A stretch of 64,000 nucleotides of DNA from Candidatus Poribacteria bacterium (lineage in GTDB: Bacteria > Poribacteria > WGA-4E > WGA-3G). Below, one piece after another: positions 45,409-55,402 of the stretch. Numbering within the stretch: the stretch's first letter is position 1; each line of letters begins with the position of its first letter. Where the stretch lies: positions 7,914 through 71,913 of the forward strand of contig JAJEDB010000129.1 in assembly GCA_022821725.1 (NCBI GenBank), written 5' to 3'. The translations under genes and the position numbers were made by a program. The notes below the pieces were generated by a model. That model was not told the origin of the DNA and searched no databases. It was given only the letters and a program-made list of their open reading frames with translations.

Positions 45409-45624
45409 TTAATTATCGTCTTGGGTGAGTCCGTAACGTCGACGGAAACTTTCAACGCGTCCGGCAGTGTCGATAAATCGAGCCTGTTGTCCAGTGTAGA
45501 ATGGGTGGCATTCTCCACAAACATCTACCCGCATCGTTGGTTGGGTAGCGAGCGTTTTATGGACTGCGCCGCAAACGCATGTAACGACGCATTCTACCAG
45601 TTCTGGGTGTATTCCGGCTTTCAT
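45409..45624 (-). CDS. rpmE: 50S ribosomal protein L31 (Zn-ribbon type)
   Basis: 71 aa. 'MKAGIHPE', 'CVCG...[10 protein letters not shown]'. Confidence 0.9.
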   Translation of the reverse strand: MKAGIHPELVECVVTCVCGAVHKTLATQPTMRVDVCGECHPFYTGQQARFIDTAGRVESFRRRYGLTQDDN

Positions 45625-45712
45625 AATGTACTCCTTTGGATTCGTAATTTACGATTCTCTACTATTTTTGGAACAGCGCTGCTGAGGCGCGGAAGCGTAG
45701 ATGTATAGAAAC

Positions 45713-47047
45713 TCACGCTGATCGCTTTGAACGCGCATTCGTTCTCACTGACGTATTACTGTAAGTCGCATTGTCCACCATTCGTTGGAGGAATTCTGCG
45801 TTTGTACCCGTCTTGCTGAATTGCGCAATGAGCATCTCAAGCGATTCTGCGTCATCCATCTGACTCGTGAATTTCCGCAGCACCCAGACCTTGTTAAGCA
45901 CATCGGGTGCCAATAAGAGTTCCTCACGGCGTGTTTTCGACTTTTCGATGTTAATCGGTGGATAGATACGGAGATCTAACAAAGAACGCTCCATGTGGAT
46001 TTCCATGTTGGCAGTGCCCTTGAATTCTTCGTAGATGTATTCATCTTGCCGGCTTTCCGTATCAACGAGCACCGATGCGATCACCGTTAGACTTCCGCCT
46101 TCTTCAAATTTCCGAGCTGCGCCGCAGAACTGACGTGGCTTCACAAACGCCATTGCATCTAAGCCACCGGACAACGTTTTTCCGCTGTGGGGTGTCATCA
46201 CATTGTGCGCCCGTGCGAGTCGTGTCATGCTATCTAACAGAACGACGACATCTTTTCCGTACTCTGCCCACCGCTTCGCCTTTTCAATCGCCATATCTGC
46301 GACCTGAATGTGCCGTTCGGGATGCTCATCAAAAGTAGAACTAATGACTTCTCCTTTGACAGAACGAGCGACATCTGTAACTTCCTCAGGACGCTCATCA
46401 ATCAACAAAAAGATGAGAATGACTTCGGGATGGTTTGCTTCAATGCCGGCGGCAATATTCTTGAGTAGCGTGGTCTTCCCACTATAAGGGGGTGCGACAA
46501 TCAACCCGCGTTGTCCCTTCCCAATGGGGGCAATGAGATCCACGATGCGAGTCCCGTACTCTGACTGACTATGTTCAAGCTTCAATTTTTGGTACGGGTG
46601 AATAGGCGTGAGGTTATTGAAAAGGATTTTCTGCTTGACGGCTTCCGGTATTTCCCCGTTAACCTTCTCAATTTGTAACATTGCGAAGTAGCGTTCTGCT
46701 TTATTTTCCGTCTTCTTTGGAGGACGGATTACCCCTTCAACGACGTGTCCGGTTTGTAAATCGAAGCGTCGAATTTGCGAGGAGGACACATAAATATCCT
46801 CGTTACTCTGCAAATAATTGGAGCGCGATGAACGGAGAAAGCCGTAGTGCTGGTCGCGGTCATCAAGGATTTCCAAGACACCACCGCCGTAAAACTGGGT
46901 GTCCCCTTCAGATTTCGCCTCTATAATTTCGTTAATCAATTCCTCTTTCCGAGACCCGTTGTATTCGTTCACTCCGAGAGTCAAGGCAAAGTCTTTGAGT
47001 TCCGAGAACTCCATTTCTTGGAGCTTGCGAATGTCCAAGCTCTCCAT
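45713..47047 (-). CDS. rho: Transcription termination factor Rho
   Basis: 444 aa. N-terminal Rho_N, RNA-binding 'GFLRS...DIYVSSSQIRRFDLQTGH', Walker A 'GLIVAPPYSGKTTLL'. A ~400-nt upstream leader is present. Confidence 0.95.
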   Translation of the reverse strand: MESLDIRKLQEMEFSELKDFALTLGVNEYNGSRKEELINEIIEAKSEGDTQFYGGGVLEILDDRDQHYGFLRSSRSNYLQSNEDIYVSSSQIRRFDLQTGHVVEGVIRPPKKTENKAERYFAMLQIEKVNGEIPEAVKQKILFNNLTPIHPYQKLKLEHSQSEYGTRIVDLIAPIGKGQRGLIVAPPYSGKTTLLKNIAAGIEANHPEVILIFLLIDERPEEVTDVARSVKGEVISSTFDEHPERHIQVADMAIEKAKRWAEYGKDVVVLLDSMTRLARAHNVMTPHSGKTLSGGLDAMAFVKPRQFCGAARKFEEGGSLTVIASVLVDTESRQDEYIYEEFKGTANMEIHMERSLLDLRIYPPINIEKSKTRREELLLAPDVLNKVWVLRKFTSQMDDAESLEMLIAQFSKTGTNAEFLQRMVDNATYSNTSVRTNARSKRSA

Positions 47048-47451
47048 AGTTTCAAATACTCCTCATTGTGCCCGGTTCCAAGGTAATCTTTCCACCACAG
47101 TGTCCATTTAACTACCCAGCGAATTCTTTGTCTCCACTCAAATGTGCGACATGTGAAAAACAGGGACGCAATTTGAAAACCATCGCTAAAATAGGAGGCA
47201 AAATAGAGGTTAAAATGGAATCGGGGCTGATGCTATAGAATAATTATACGCTTTTTTCGGGGGTTACACTGTTTCATCAGGGGAAAGCTGCGAATTGCAC
47301 CCTTAAAGCGTGCTTGCGCTTAGGAAGTTAAGGACCTTCATTGTTAATTATACACAATTGATAATAAAAGGTCAAGTTTTTTTGCAAAAAGACGAATTCT
47401 TCTGAAATTATGATGGCGTGCGCGGTTGAAAAACCACGCACTTCATAAAAC

Positions 47452-49452
47452 TTATTCCGCGCCTTCACCTTTCAACTTAGTAAGGCTGCGCCGGACTTGC
47501 TGGTTATACTGATTTTTCGCCAAGTAGTCTTCCCAAAGGGCTATAGCGTCGTCATTAAACCCTTGTGAGACATAGTAATTGCCAAGTGCCATCAGCGGAA
47601 TATCAGAAAGCGGGTTCTTCTCAATCGAGGCTTTGAATTCAGCAACAGCGGTTTCCGCATTCCCGTCTAAAAGTGCCAACTCACCCCTACCGTAAGGGAT
47701 TAAGGCGTGTTCGGGATACTCTACTGCCAATTCATCTATCATCTTCTGCGCGTCTTCCAATTTCTTCAGATGGTAAGTTGCACGTGCAGCGAGGATAGTC
47801 GCATAAACGACCTGATTGCGAAGTTTTTGTTGTTCGACTTTGCTTTCCGATTTGTTGAGTAACCGCTTTGCTGTCCGCGCGGCGGCTCTATACTTCGCGC
47901 GGGATTGCACATAATTCCCGTACTTATAAGTGAGGTCACCGAGGGTTTTAGATCCGATGTACGAATCACCTTTCTGATCAACGAGATCCTGAAAAATTGC
48001 AGCGGCTTTCCGATCCTTCAACCGATAATGGAGGACTTCAGCAAGGCTCTGCAACGCATCCAAATTCTGTGTGTTCGCCGCAACAGACTTTTCAAGGACC
48101 TCCCGTTCTTTCTCAGGTTCACCTAACTTTTTGTGTGCCAGCGAGAGTAACCAGTAAATCTCGGAATCTTTGCCGCGCGCCATTCCAAGAACAGAATTGT
48201 AGGTCTCTATCGCTTTCTCATACGAGTCGGAAGTGTAGTGATTGCGTCCGGTGTCAATGACGGCTTGAATGACGCCCCCATCTCGGCTGGCAGCTTTCTT
48301 GAGGACCTCTCGTGCTCGTTGATGCATCCCGACTTTTCGATAACAAATCGAGAGTTTGAGGTAGGTATACGGGTCAAGCTTCACATTCGCCGATTCTGCG
48401 CGGGCGATTGCATCGAAATACAGGGCGCCTGCGTCACGGTAACTTTCATCACCGTAGAAGAAGTTGGCAATCATGAGTTCGGCATCATAGTAACTGCCTT
48501 GTTCATCGCCTGAGATACCGCCTTGACCGCCGAAATTCCGCATGACCTCTGATGCGCTCACCCCGAACCCAGAATCTGCGATTTGCATATCAATATTCCC
48601 CATGGCACGACTTCTCTCAACACCGCCACGGGGTCGATTCATTTCACGTCTGGCGTCTTGCCGTGCATAGGCTCTGTCCATCTGTGTTGCCAGTGGGTCA
48701 TCGGGCTCTGGAATTCTGGCGTTCAGGTCGGTCAGTTCCTGTTTCGCGATCTCAATCTCTTTCTCGGCACCTTCGACCTTACCATATCTTTTAACGAGTG
48801 ATTGATAAGTGCGTTTCGCTTCATCTTCGTTTTTGAGATACTGTCGTTGAATCCGCCCTTTATTGGCAATAGCGAGTGCTGCGCGTTGACTTCGAGGGTT
48901 CCGGTTCGCGAAGTTATCGAAAACCTCTACTGCCTGTTCAAAATCTTTTGCTTCTTCAAAACTTTTCGCCAGCATGAGTTGGGCGTTGTGGCTCAATTCA
49001 AGGTTCGGAAAATTGTTGATGATTGCGTCAAATTGGGTTTGAGAGGCTTTATAATCCTTCTGCCGGAAATAGTGCATCCCGATTTCATAATGCGCCTCAG
49101 CGGCTTGATCGCTCTTCGGTGCAGCGGCAATGACGGCTTCATAGGCTTTGATGCCCTCTGCGGGTTGATCCATCTGATCCGTGAAAATTTTGCCTATAGC
49201 GAGTTGTGCCTGATGTGCTTCGGGTGTGCCGGGTTTAGTATCCACAACACTTTGATACGCCTCTATTGCCCCTGAGTAGTCTTTCTGTTCAGCGAGCTTT
49301 TCGCCAGTGCGCAGCGCACTACCGGTTACACAACTGATTTGGATCACTCCTACGAAAACAATAGCAACGAGCGAGCAATACTGCATACTTTTAACAGCCA
49401 GTCTTTGCCAGCGATCATAAATCTTGATTGCGGGTTGTGCTGAAAATTTCAC
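47452..49452 (-). CDS. Large exported/lipoprotein-like TPR-repeat protein
   Basis: GTG at 49452 is preceded by AAGGAG at 7 nt. '(M)KFSAQP...MQYCSLVAIVFVGVIQISC' is signal-like. TPR units run throughout. The track ORF extends to 49509. Confidence 0.65.
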   Translation of the reverse strand: MKFSAQPAIKIYDRWQRLAVKSMQYCSLVAIVFVGVIQISCVTGSALRTGEKLAEQKDYSGAIEAYQSVVDTKPGTPEAHQAQLAIGKIFTDQMDQPAEGIKAYEAVIAAAPKSDQAAEAHYEIGMHYFRQKDYKASQTQFDAIINNFPNLELSHNAQLMLAKSFEEAKDFEQAVEVFDNFANRNPRSQRAALAIANKGRIQRQYLKNEDEAKRTYQSLVKRYGKVEGAEKEIEIAKQELTDLNARIPEPDDPLATQMDRAYARQDARREMNRPRGGVERSRAMGNIDMQIADSGFGVSASEVMRNFGGQGGISGDEQGSYYDAELMIANFFYGDESYRDAGALYFDAIARAESANVKLDPYTYLKLSICYRKVGMHQRAREVLKKAASRDGGVIQAVIDTGRNHYTSDSYEKAIETYNSVLGMARGKDSEIYWLLSLAHKKLGEPEKEREVLEKSVAANTQNLDALQSLAEVLHYRLKDRKAAAIFQDLVDQKGDSYIGSKTLGDLTYKYGNYVQSRAKYRAAARTAKRLLNKSESKVEQQKLRNQVVYATILAARATYHLKKLEDAQKMIDELAVEYPEHALIPYGRGELALLDGNAETAVAEFKASIEKNPLSDIPLMALGNYYVSQGFNDDAIALWEDYLAKNQYNQQVRRSLTKLKGEGAE

Positions 49453-49515
49453 GATCTTTCTCCTTTTTTCATATTGACCCGGTTCAAAGACCCCTACGTG
49501 AATAAGCATCCGTGT

Positions 49516-50652
49516 TTAATAACAGGATTTGGATGCCCATTCATCAATTAATTCTAAGACGTCTTGCCGAGTGTATCCCTCTTTCTGAATGAGGTCGTCA
49601 CAATTCACCCTGTTTTTTGGGTCGGGTCCCTTACCGGCATCAAGGATGGCATTTGTCAACCAACTGGTGCGTATCCCGTTGATGCCAGAGGTGTAATTTG
49701 TTTGGTATTCGCCTTTTACCAACCCGACGAGTTGATCGACCTTGTTGCGGGGATACCCTTCTGGACGCGGATAAGCAAGGGGTGTTGGTTCGCCATTTTT
49801 GGGTGTGTAACGGATGCCGTTTTTGATTTCGATCGTTCCTTCATCCCCTTCCAGAATTACCCGTTCTTCAAACCCAACGCGCGTGTTGCCGAGGATAGTG
49901 ATTGTGCCTTCGGCACCGTTATCCAGTGTGACATCAGAGTAGGAATTAATTTCAACGAACTTTGGAACAAGGTTTCCATCGTCGTCCTCAAATTTCATGT
50001 CAGTTGTCCCGTAAACCTCAGCAGGTAAAGTCCCCGTCATCCATAAGAATATATCTTGGAGGTGACTACCTGAGTCATTCGGCTGCCCACCCCCAGAGAA
50101 GCGTGGATCCCCGCGCCACCCACCGGCACCCCAGCGCTGTGCCATGTAGACCTCAAATTTCTGGAGGTTACCGATGCGTCCTTCAGCGATAGCGCGTCTG
50201 GCTGCCATGTAGGTATCCTCGTAATGGCGTTGATACCCACCCACAAGATGTAATCCGCTGCCCATTGCGATCTTGGTTACAGCGATTGCATCGCCAACGA
50301 CATTCGCCATCGGTTTCTCGACGATAACGTGGCATCCGGCGCGGAGCGCGTATTTCGTGTGAATATCGTGAAGGGAGTGCGGCGAGAATACACCGACTAT
50401 ATCCAGATCTTCGTGATTGAGCATCTCCACGAACTCGTATTCACCGAGGTAACGGTTGAAACTATTCGCTTTATAGCCATCAACCCGTTCTTGGAGCGCA
50501 GTTTCTAAAGCGTCTAAACTCGCTTCGTGGGTGTCCACAGCGGCAACGATTTCAGCGTCGGGACGTGTTGCGAAACCGAGTGTGTTTCCCCGCCCTGCAC
50601 CGCCGGGCCCAATCACACCAACTCTTAAAATATCATTTTTGCTGGTTCCCAT
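49516..50652 (-). CDS. Gfo/Idh/MocA family oxidoreductase
   Basis: 378 aa. 'LRVGVIGPGGAG', 'HVIVEKPMA'. Confidence 0.8.
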   Translation of the reverse strand: MGTSKNDILRVGVIGPGGAGRGNTLGFATRPDAEIVAAVDTHEASLDALETALQERVDGYKANSFNRYLGEYEFVEMLNHEDLDIVGVFSPHSLHDIHTKYALRAGCHVIVEKPMANVVGDAIAVTKIAMGSGLHLVGGYQRHYEDTYMAARRAIAEGRIGNLQKFEVYMAQRWGAGGWRGDPRFSGGGQPNDSGSHLQDIFLWMTGTLPAEVYGTTDMKFEDDDGNLVPKFVEINSYSDVTLDNGAEGTITILGNTRVGFEERVILEGDEGTIEIKNGIRYTPKNGEPTPLAYPRPEGYPRNKVDQLVGLVKGEYQTNYTSGINGIRTSWLTNAILDAGKGPDPKNRVNCDDLIQKEGYTRQDVLELIDEWASKSCY

Positions 50653-50754
50653 GATTTTAACATCTCCGGATTATATCTGTCAAGAGATTTTTTGGTATAC
50701 GCATTTGAGAATGGTGATTCACTTCACTGTGGTTTAGACGCACAAATACGTCTC

Positions 50755-51495
50755 TCAACGACTAAAGACACGGAACAATTTTTTGATCGGATCGTAGAAT
50801 TGGTCAACAACCCGTTCTTTGAGCGGAATAATGGCGTTATCCGTAATCGTGATATGCTCTGGGCAGACCTTCGTGCAACATTTGGTAATGTTACAATACC
50901 CGATCCCGTCCGAATCTTTCAATTCTTCGAGACGGTTCTCAGTGTCAATTGGGTGCATTTCCAAGGAAGCGGCGTAAACGAAGAATCTCGGTCCGATGAA
51001 TTCGTCATGAAGATCGTGTTCTCGGAGGACATGGCAGACATCTTGGCAGAGGAAGCATTCGATGCATTTCCGAAACTCTTGGATGTGATCGATGTCTTCC
51101 TGTTCCATCCGCCACGTGCCGTCTTCGGCATCCGGGGGTCGCGGCGTGAACGGCTTCATCTTCTCTTTCACTCTGAAGTTCCAAGATACGTCTGTAACGA
51201 GGTCTTTAATGAGCGGAAATGCCCGCATCGGTTCGACGGTAACGGGTTCATCAAGCGACAGATCGTTGAGGCGTGTCATGCACATCAATTTCGGTTGCCC
51301 GTTGATTTCGGCGGAGCAGGATCCGCATTTTCCTGCCTTACAATTCCATCGCACGGCCATGTCGTTTGCCTGCTCGGCTTGGATACGGTGGACAGCGTCT
51401 AAAACCACCATCCCTTCGGAAACCTCGGTGTCGTAATTGACAAATTCTGCGCCATCCGCATTGCCACGCCAGATTCTAAAAGTTGCTTTCCCCAT
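50755..51495 (-). CDS. sdhB: Succinate dehydrogenase/fumarate reductase iron-sulfur subunit
   Basis: 246 aa. 'CKAGKCGSCSAEING' (2Fe-2S), 'CIECFLCQDVC', 'CNITKCCTKVCP'. Confidence 0.9.
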   Translation of the reverse strand: MGKATFRIWRGNADGAEFVNYDTEVSEGMVVLDAVHRIQAEQANDMAVRWNCKAGKCGSCSAEINGQPKLMCMTRLNDLSLDEPVTVEPMRAFPLIKDLVTDVSWNFRVKEKMKPFTPRPPDAEDGTWRMEQEDIDHIQEFRKCIECFLCQDVCHVLREHDLHDEFIGPRFFVYAASLEMHPIDTENRLEELKDSDGIGYCNITKCCTKVCPEHITITDNAIIPLKERVVDQFYDPIKKLFRVFSR

Positions 51496-51734
51496 GTTTT
51501 AATTATTCCTTGCGGTTCGGTCAAGTCAGTTTGATATATGAAGTGCTTCTCCGTAGACCCGCTCTCCATTACATTACGAGCTACATGCTTGGTGGATTGA
51601 CAAAGACTTAATCTTTCCTTGCGTTTTTTTAATTTTACCCAAGACGGTAGCCTGCAACAACGGCGCAGGCGGATATGAGCAGAAGCCTTTGATAAACAAA
51701 AAGCCTAATTTAACGCCTTGCGAATAATTAAAAA
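51496..51734 (-). repeat. Composite intercistronic repeat region (IG2) between sdhA and sdhB
   Basis: In gene orientation it starts right after the sdhA stop with the same 23-mer TTTTTAATTATTCGCAAGGCGTT as IG1. It is colinear with IG1 for ~95 nt, including hairpin GCCTGC-GCCGTTGTT-GCAGGC (51650-51670). It ends in the ACCGCAAGGAATAATTAAAAC-ATG leader. Confidence 0.75.
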
Positions 51735-53567
51735 TTATCCGATTTCGTCTATGATTTCCTGCAGATCGGCTCGGAGTTCATCAACCGGTTGGCGACGAAT
51801 TTCCATTGTGCCATCGGGTGCTTTATTGACGATGGTGTTATATTTCCCGGCACCGGGTTCCTCTTTCTCTGGATGATCGTCCCGTGAATGTGCACCGATG
51901 CTTGCCCGACGCTCAAGTGCTGCAAGTGCAATCGATTCAGAGATTGTGATTAAGCAGTCGAGATCAAGGGCGGTATGCCATCCGGAGTTATACTCCCGAT
52001 TGCCGATAGCGTGAACGTTCTCAGCCTGCTCACGGAGGTTTTGGATCTCTTCCAAGGCTTGTGTGAGGCTTTCCTGACTCCGGGCAATACCCACCAGTTC
52101 CTGCATCTTTTCTTGGAGTTGTGCCTGAATGTCGTAGGGTCCCATCTTTTCACCACTGCCATCGTCTGCTGGGTTCTCAAAGGGTTTCAGTGTATGCGCA
52201 GCGATTGCATCAATTTCTGCTGTATCCAGTGGGACTGCTTCGTTCTCCTCCGCAAACTGTGCGGCGTATTCCCCGGCACGTTTACCGAAGACGAGTAGAT
52301 CGGACAGCGAATTACCGCCGAGTCTGTTGGCACCGTGTAATCCCGCAGCGCACTCACCCGCAGCGAAGAGTCCTGGAACCGCTGTCATCTGTGAATCCGC
52401 ATCGACCCGAATGCCGCCCATGATATAGTGCGTTGTGGGACCGACTTCCATCGGCTCCTGTGTGATGTCGATGTCGGCAAGTTCCTTGAATTGGTGGTAC
52501 ATACTCGGCAGTTTTCTACGGATATGCTCTGGCGCGTTCGAGATCTTTTCCTTAATCCACGCGATATCCAAGAATACACCCCCGTGTGGACTTCCGCGCC
52601 CCTCTTGGACCTCCCGGACGATACACCGTGCGACATGATCGCGTGTGAGGAGTTCAGGAGGACGGCGTGCCTCTCGGTCGCCTTGCGTATATCGCCACCC
52701 CTCCTCAGGACTATCGGCTGTCTGGTTCACATAGAGTTCTGGGATGTCATCGAACATGAAGCGTTTGCCCTCACTGTTTGTGAGGATGCCTCCTTCGCCA
52801 CGCACGCCCTCCGTGACCAAGATACCCCGGACACTGGGGGGCCACACCATGCCCGTCGGATGGAATTGGACGAACTCCATATCTATGAGTTCCGCGCCGG
52901 CGTGGTATGCAAGGGAATGTCCATCGCCGGTATATTCCCAGCTATTGCTTGTGATCTTGTATGCCTTCCCAACGCCTCCGGTTGCCAAAACGACTGCGTT
53001 TGCGGAGAATACTTTGAACCGTCCTTTTTCACGTTCGTAACCGAATGCCCCTGAGACCCTTTCGCCGGTTTTGAGGAGCGAAACCACGGTATTTTCCATG
53101 TGCACTTCAATGCCTTGATGGATACCGTGATCCTGCAGGGCGCGGATCATTTCCAATCCAGTTCGATCACCGACGTGTGCGAGACGTGGGTATTGGTGTC
53201 CACCGAAATTCCGTTGAAGGATACCGCCCTCCTGTGTGCGGTCAAATAGAGCACCCCAGGCTTCAAGTTCACGCACTCGATCGGGTGATTCCTTCGCATG
53301 GAGTTCCGCCATTCGTGCGTTAGAGAGATATTGTCCACCCCGCATGGTGTCAGCGAAATGCACACGCCAACTGTCTCTTTCATCGACGTTTGCCAAAGCA
53401 GCTGCGACACCACCTTCTGCCATAACAGTATGCGCTTTACCGAGCAAAGATTTGCACACAAGCCCTACTTTTAGGTCACCTGCGGCGGCTTCAATCGCTG
53501 CACGAAGTCCAGCACCACCGGCTCCGATTATCAATACATCATAGTCATGAGTTTCGTAAGATGCCAC
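51735..53567 (-). CDS. sdhA: Succinate dehydrogenase/fumarate reductase flavoprotein subunit
   Basis: 610 aa with GTG start. 'DVLIIGAGGAGLRAA', 'HTVMAEGG', 'HPTG', 'GLFAAGECA'. Confidence 0.95.
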   Translation of the reverse strand: MASYETHDYDVLIIGAGGAGLRAAIEAAAGDLKVGLVCKSLLGKAHTVMAEGGVAAALANVDERDSWRVHFADTMRGGQYLSNARMAELHAKESPDRVRELEAWGALFDRTQEGGILQRNFGGHQYPRLAHVGDRTGLEMIRALQDHGIHQGIEVHMENTVVSLLKTGERVSGAFGYEREKGRFKVFSANAVVLATGGVGKAYKITSNSWEYTGDGHSLAYHAGAELIDMEFVQFHPTGMVWPPSVRGILVTEGVRGEGGILTNSEGKRFMFDDIPELYVNQTADSPEEGWRYTQGDREARRPPELLTRDHVARCIVREVQEGRGSPHGGVFLDIAWIKEKISNAPEHIRRKLPSMYHQFKELADIDITQEPMEVGPTTHYIMGGIRVDADSQMTAVPGLFAAGECAAGLHGANRLGGNSLSDLLVFGKRAGEYAAQFAEENEAVPLDTAEIDAIAAHTLKPFENPADDGSGEKMGPYDIQAQLQEKMQELVGIARSQESLTQALEEIQNLREQAENVHAIGNREYNSGWHTALDLDCLITISESIALAALERRASIGAHSRDDHPEKEEPGAGKYNTIVNKAPDGTMEIRRQPVDELRADLQEIIDEIG

Positions 53568-53594
53568 GCTAATACTTCCTCTCTCTTCTCTACT

Positions 53595-53686
53595 TAGGAC
53601 TTACGCAAAATGACCAAATTTCACCTATTTTCACGAGCTTCGGTGCGGTTAGAAACCGCACCTACCGGGGCGGTGCGTAAGTCCTA
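53595..53686 (+). mobile_element. MITE family 1, copy D (between sdhC and sdhA)
   Basis: 12-nt TIRs. Hairpin 53642-53662. TCTACT duplicated on both flanks. Confidence 0.85.
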
Positions 53687-53693
53687 TCTACTA

Positions 53694-54506
53694 TCAAAAT
53701 GTAATCCAGTCCTGACCGAGTGCCGGTCCTATAAAACGGACGTATACATCCGAAAAACCGACCCAAAAGAGACTCATCCACGCCCAGAGCATGTGTCGCT
53801 CGTTCAAGCAGGTCACACAATTATACGCGCGTCGACGAATGGGTGCTTTAGAGAGCAAATCAACAACCCCACCGACTAAGTGGCGCAAAGAGTGGCATCC
53901 GAGCGTATAACCGCCTAAAAAGATGACATTGCCTGCCAAAACGAGCGTCCCGATGCCGATGCCGAGGGTTTTTCCACCATTTCCATCAGGAAACCAGAGT
54001 GCCACCCAAACATCATAACTGAGGATGATGAGGAAAATGAGGGCGAGATAGAGAAAGTACCGATGGATATTCTGGATAATCAGCGGGAAGGAGTGTTCAC
54101 CCCGATAGCCTTTACGCGGTTCCGATACCGTGCAAGAGGGTGGATCTGCCCAAAACGCTTTGTAATACGCCCCTCGGTAATAGTAACAGGTGAATCGGAA
54201 GCCTGCAGGTGCCCACAAAATCAAGGCGGCAGGTGTAATCAATGCCGGCATCCAGGATGGCATCTCACCAAACCAACTGTGCTCAAGGCTATGCGCATCC
54301 GTACCGAAAAGTAGTGGTGAGTAGAAAGGCGACAGGTAGGGACCAGAAATAAAATGCTCCCCCTCCAAAACCCGGAAGGTCGCATAGACAATGAATGCCC
54401 CCAACCCGACAAATACAGCTAACGGTTGCAACCACCATGTATCTCGGCGCTGGGTGTGGAACGGACGACGTTCCGTTAAGGTGAGTTCAGGGTGCGTCAT
54501 AGGCAA
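53694..54506 (-). CDS. sdhC: Succinate dehydrogenase membrane anchor (cytochrome b-like, long ~270-aa form)
   Basis: Five or more hydrophobic helices with conserved His residues, lying first in the sdh cluster. The 270/610/246-aa subunit sizes resemble the three-gene actinobacterial Sdh1-type arrangement as I recall it. Confidence 0.6.
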   Translation of the reverse strand: MPMTHPELTLTERRPFHTQRRDTWWLQPLAVFVGLGAFIVYATFRVLEGEHFISGPYLSPFYSPLLFGTDAHSLEHSWFGEMPSWMPALITPAALILWAPAGFRFTCYYYRGAYYKAFWADPPSCTVSEPRKGYRGEHSFPLIIQNIHRYFLYLALIFLIILSYDVWVALWFPDGNGGKTLGIGIGTLVLAGNVIFLGGYTLGCHSLRHLVGGVVDLLSKAPIRRRAYNCVTCLNERHMLWAWMSLFWVGFSDVYVRFIGPALGQDWITF

Positions 54507-54664
54507 TTTTCCTTCGTGTGAACAAGTTAGTCTTTCTTATTAGTCTTTCTTATTAGATTCGGTCCGCGGCGGTGGTGGGGCCAGCCAGTTCAAACCGTTG
54601 TTTCAACGTAGACTTTCGGTCTGGTCGTATTATATTGTATCATGTAATAAGGTTTTTGTCAAAT

Positions 54665-55402
54665 TTACACACGTGTATGCGTCAGAGGTTCCCAACCGAG
54701 CAGGCGTTTCGCTTTCGAGAGGTTAATCTCCTTCTGTTCATGATCCCCGGCAATGAAGAAAGCATCAAACCCTTCGTGTTCAACTGAAATCGCAGCGAGA
54801 TACGCGGTCGCCAAATCTTGCTCATCTGTCCACCAGATATGCACTGAGGACTCTTTCGGTTGGGTATAACGTTCAAGCCACTGTTCCCGCGTAGACGGAC
54901 CCGTGATCCGCAGTGCGATAAGCGACATGCCGTGTTCCCGTGAGAAGTATTCGCAGACCTGCTCGCCGAAACCCTTGGTTAACCCATAGACCCCCGGATT
55001 ATCGCGAGGTACGACATCCTCATACGGAAAATTGTTTCGTGTCCGTTCATGCACAGTGAAGGTACTCGTGTAGACGGCGTGTCGAATGCCTGCTTCCTTC
55101 GCGGCGTGTAGGACGATATGCAGTCCCTTCGCGTTCACTTCGTAGTTTGCGACAATGTCGCTGAAATCGGCGGCAGAGGACCGATCGCTCGTGGGTTGCA
55201 GCATCACCATATAGACGAACGTGTCCATCCCCTTCAACGCTTCCTGAACGATAGCAGGGTCGGTAACGGAGCCTTGGATGTAATCAATGGATGTATCTTT
55301 GGGCGGATTCGGGTCAAGGATTCGAAAATTGTGATGAGGCTTCATGTAAGGGAGTGTCATCGTCCCAACGTGTCCCGAACCCCCTATAAGCAAGACGTTC
55401 AT
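54665..55402 (-). CDS. NAD-dependent epimerase/dehydratase (SDR) family protein
   Basis: 'MNVLLIGGSGHVG' Rossmann motif. 'YGLTK' (YxxxK). Conserved leader TCCGCAAGGTATAATTAAAAA-ATG. Confidence 0.75.
   Translation of the reverse strand: MNVLLIGGSGHVGTMTLPYMKPHHNFRILDPNPPKDTSIDYIQGSVTDPAIVQEALKGMDTFVYMVMLQPTSDRSSAADFSDIVANYEVNAKGLHIVLHAAKEAGIRHAVYTSTFTVHERTRNNFPYEDVVPRDNPGVYGLTKGFGEQVCEYFSREHGMSLIALRITGPSTREQWLERYTQPKESSVHIWWTDEQDLATAYLAAISVEHEGFDAFFIAGDHEQKEINLSKAKRLLGWEPLTHTRV

Noticed and set aside
47048-47451. The 400-nt gap upstream of rho and other large gaps (4120-4339, 29744-30098, 43000-43253) screened for tRNA, tmRNA, RNase P, 6S or SRP RNA
   Set aside because: No cloverleaf-compatible sequence with a GTTCRANYC T-loop and no conserved cores of these RNAs were recognised by eye. 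The rho leader is plausibly autoregulatory 5' UTR. tRNAscan-SE and Infernal scans would be needed to be certain.
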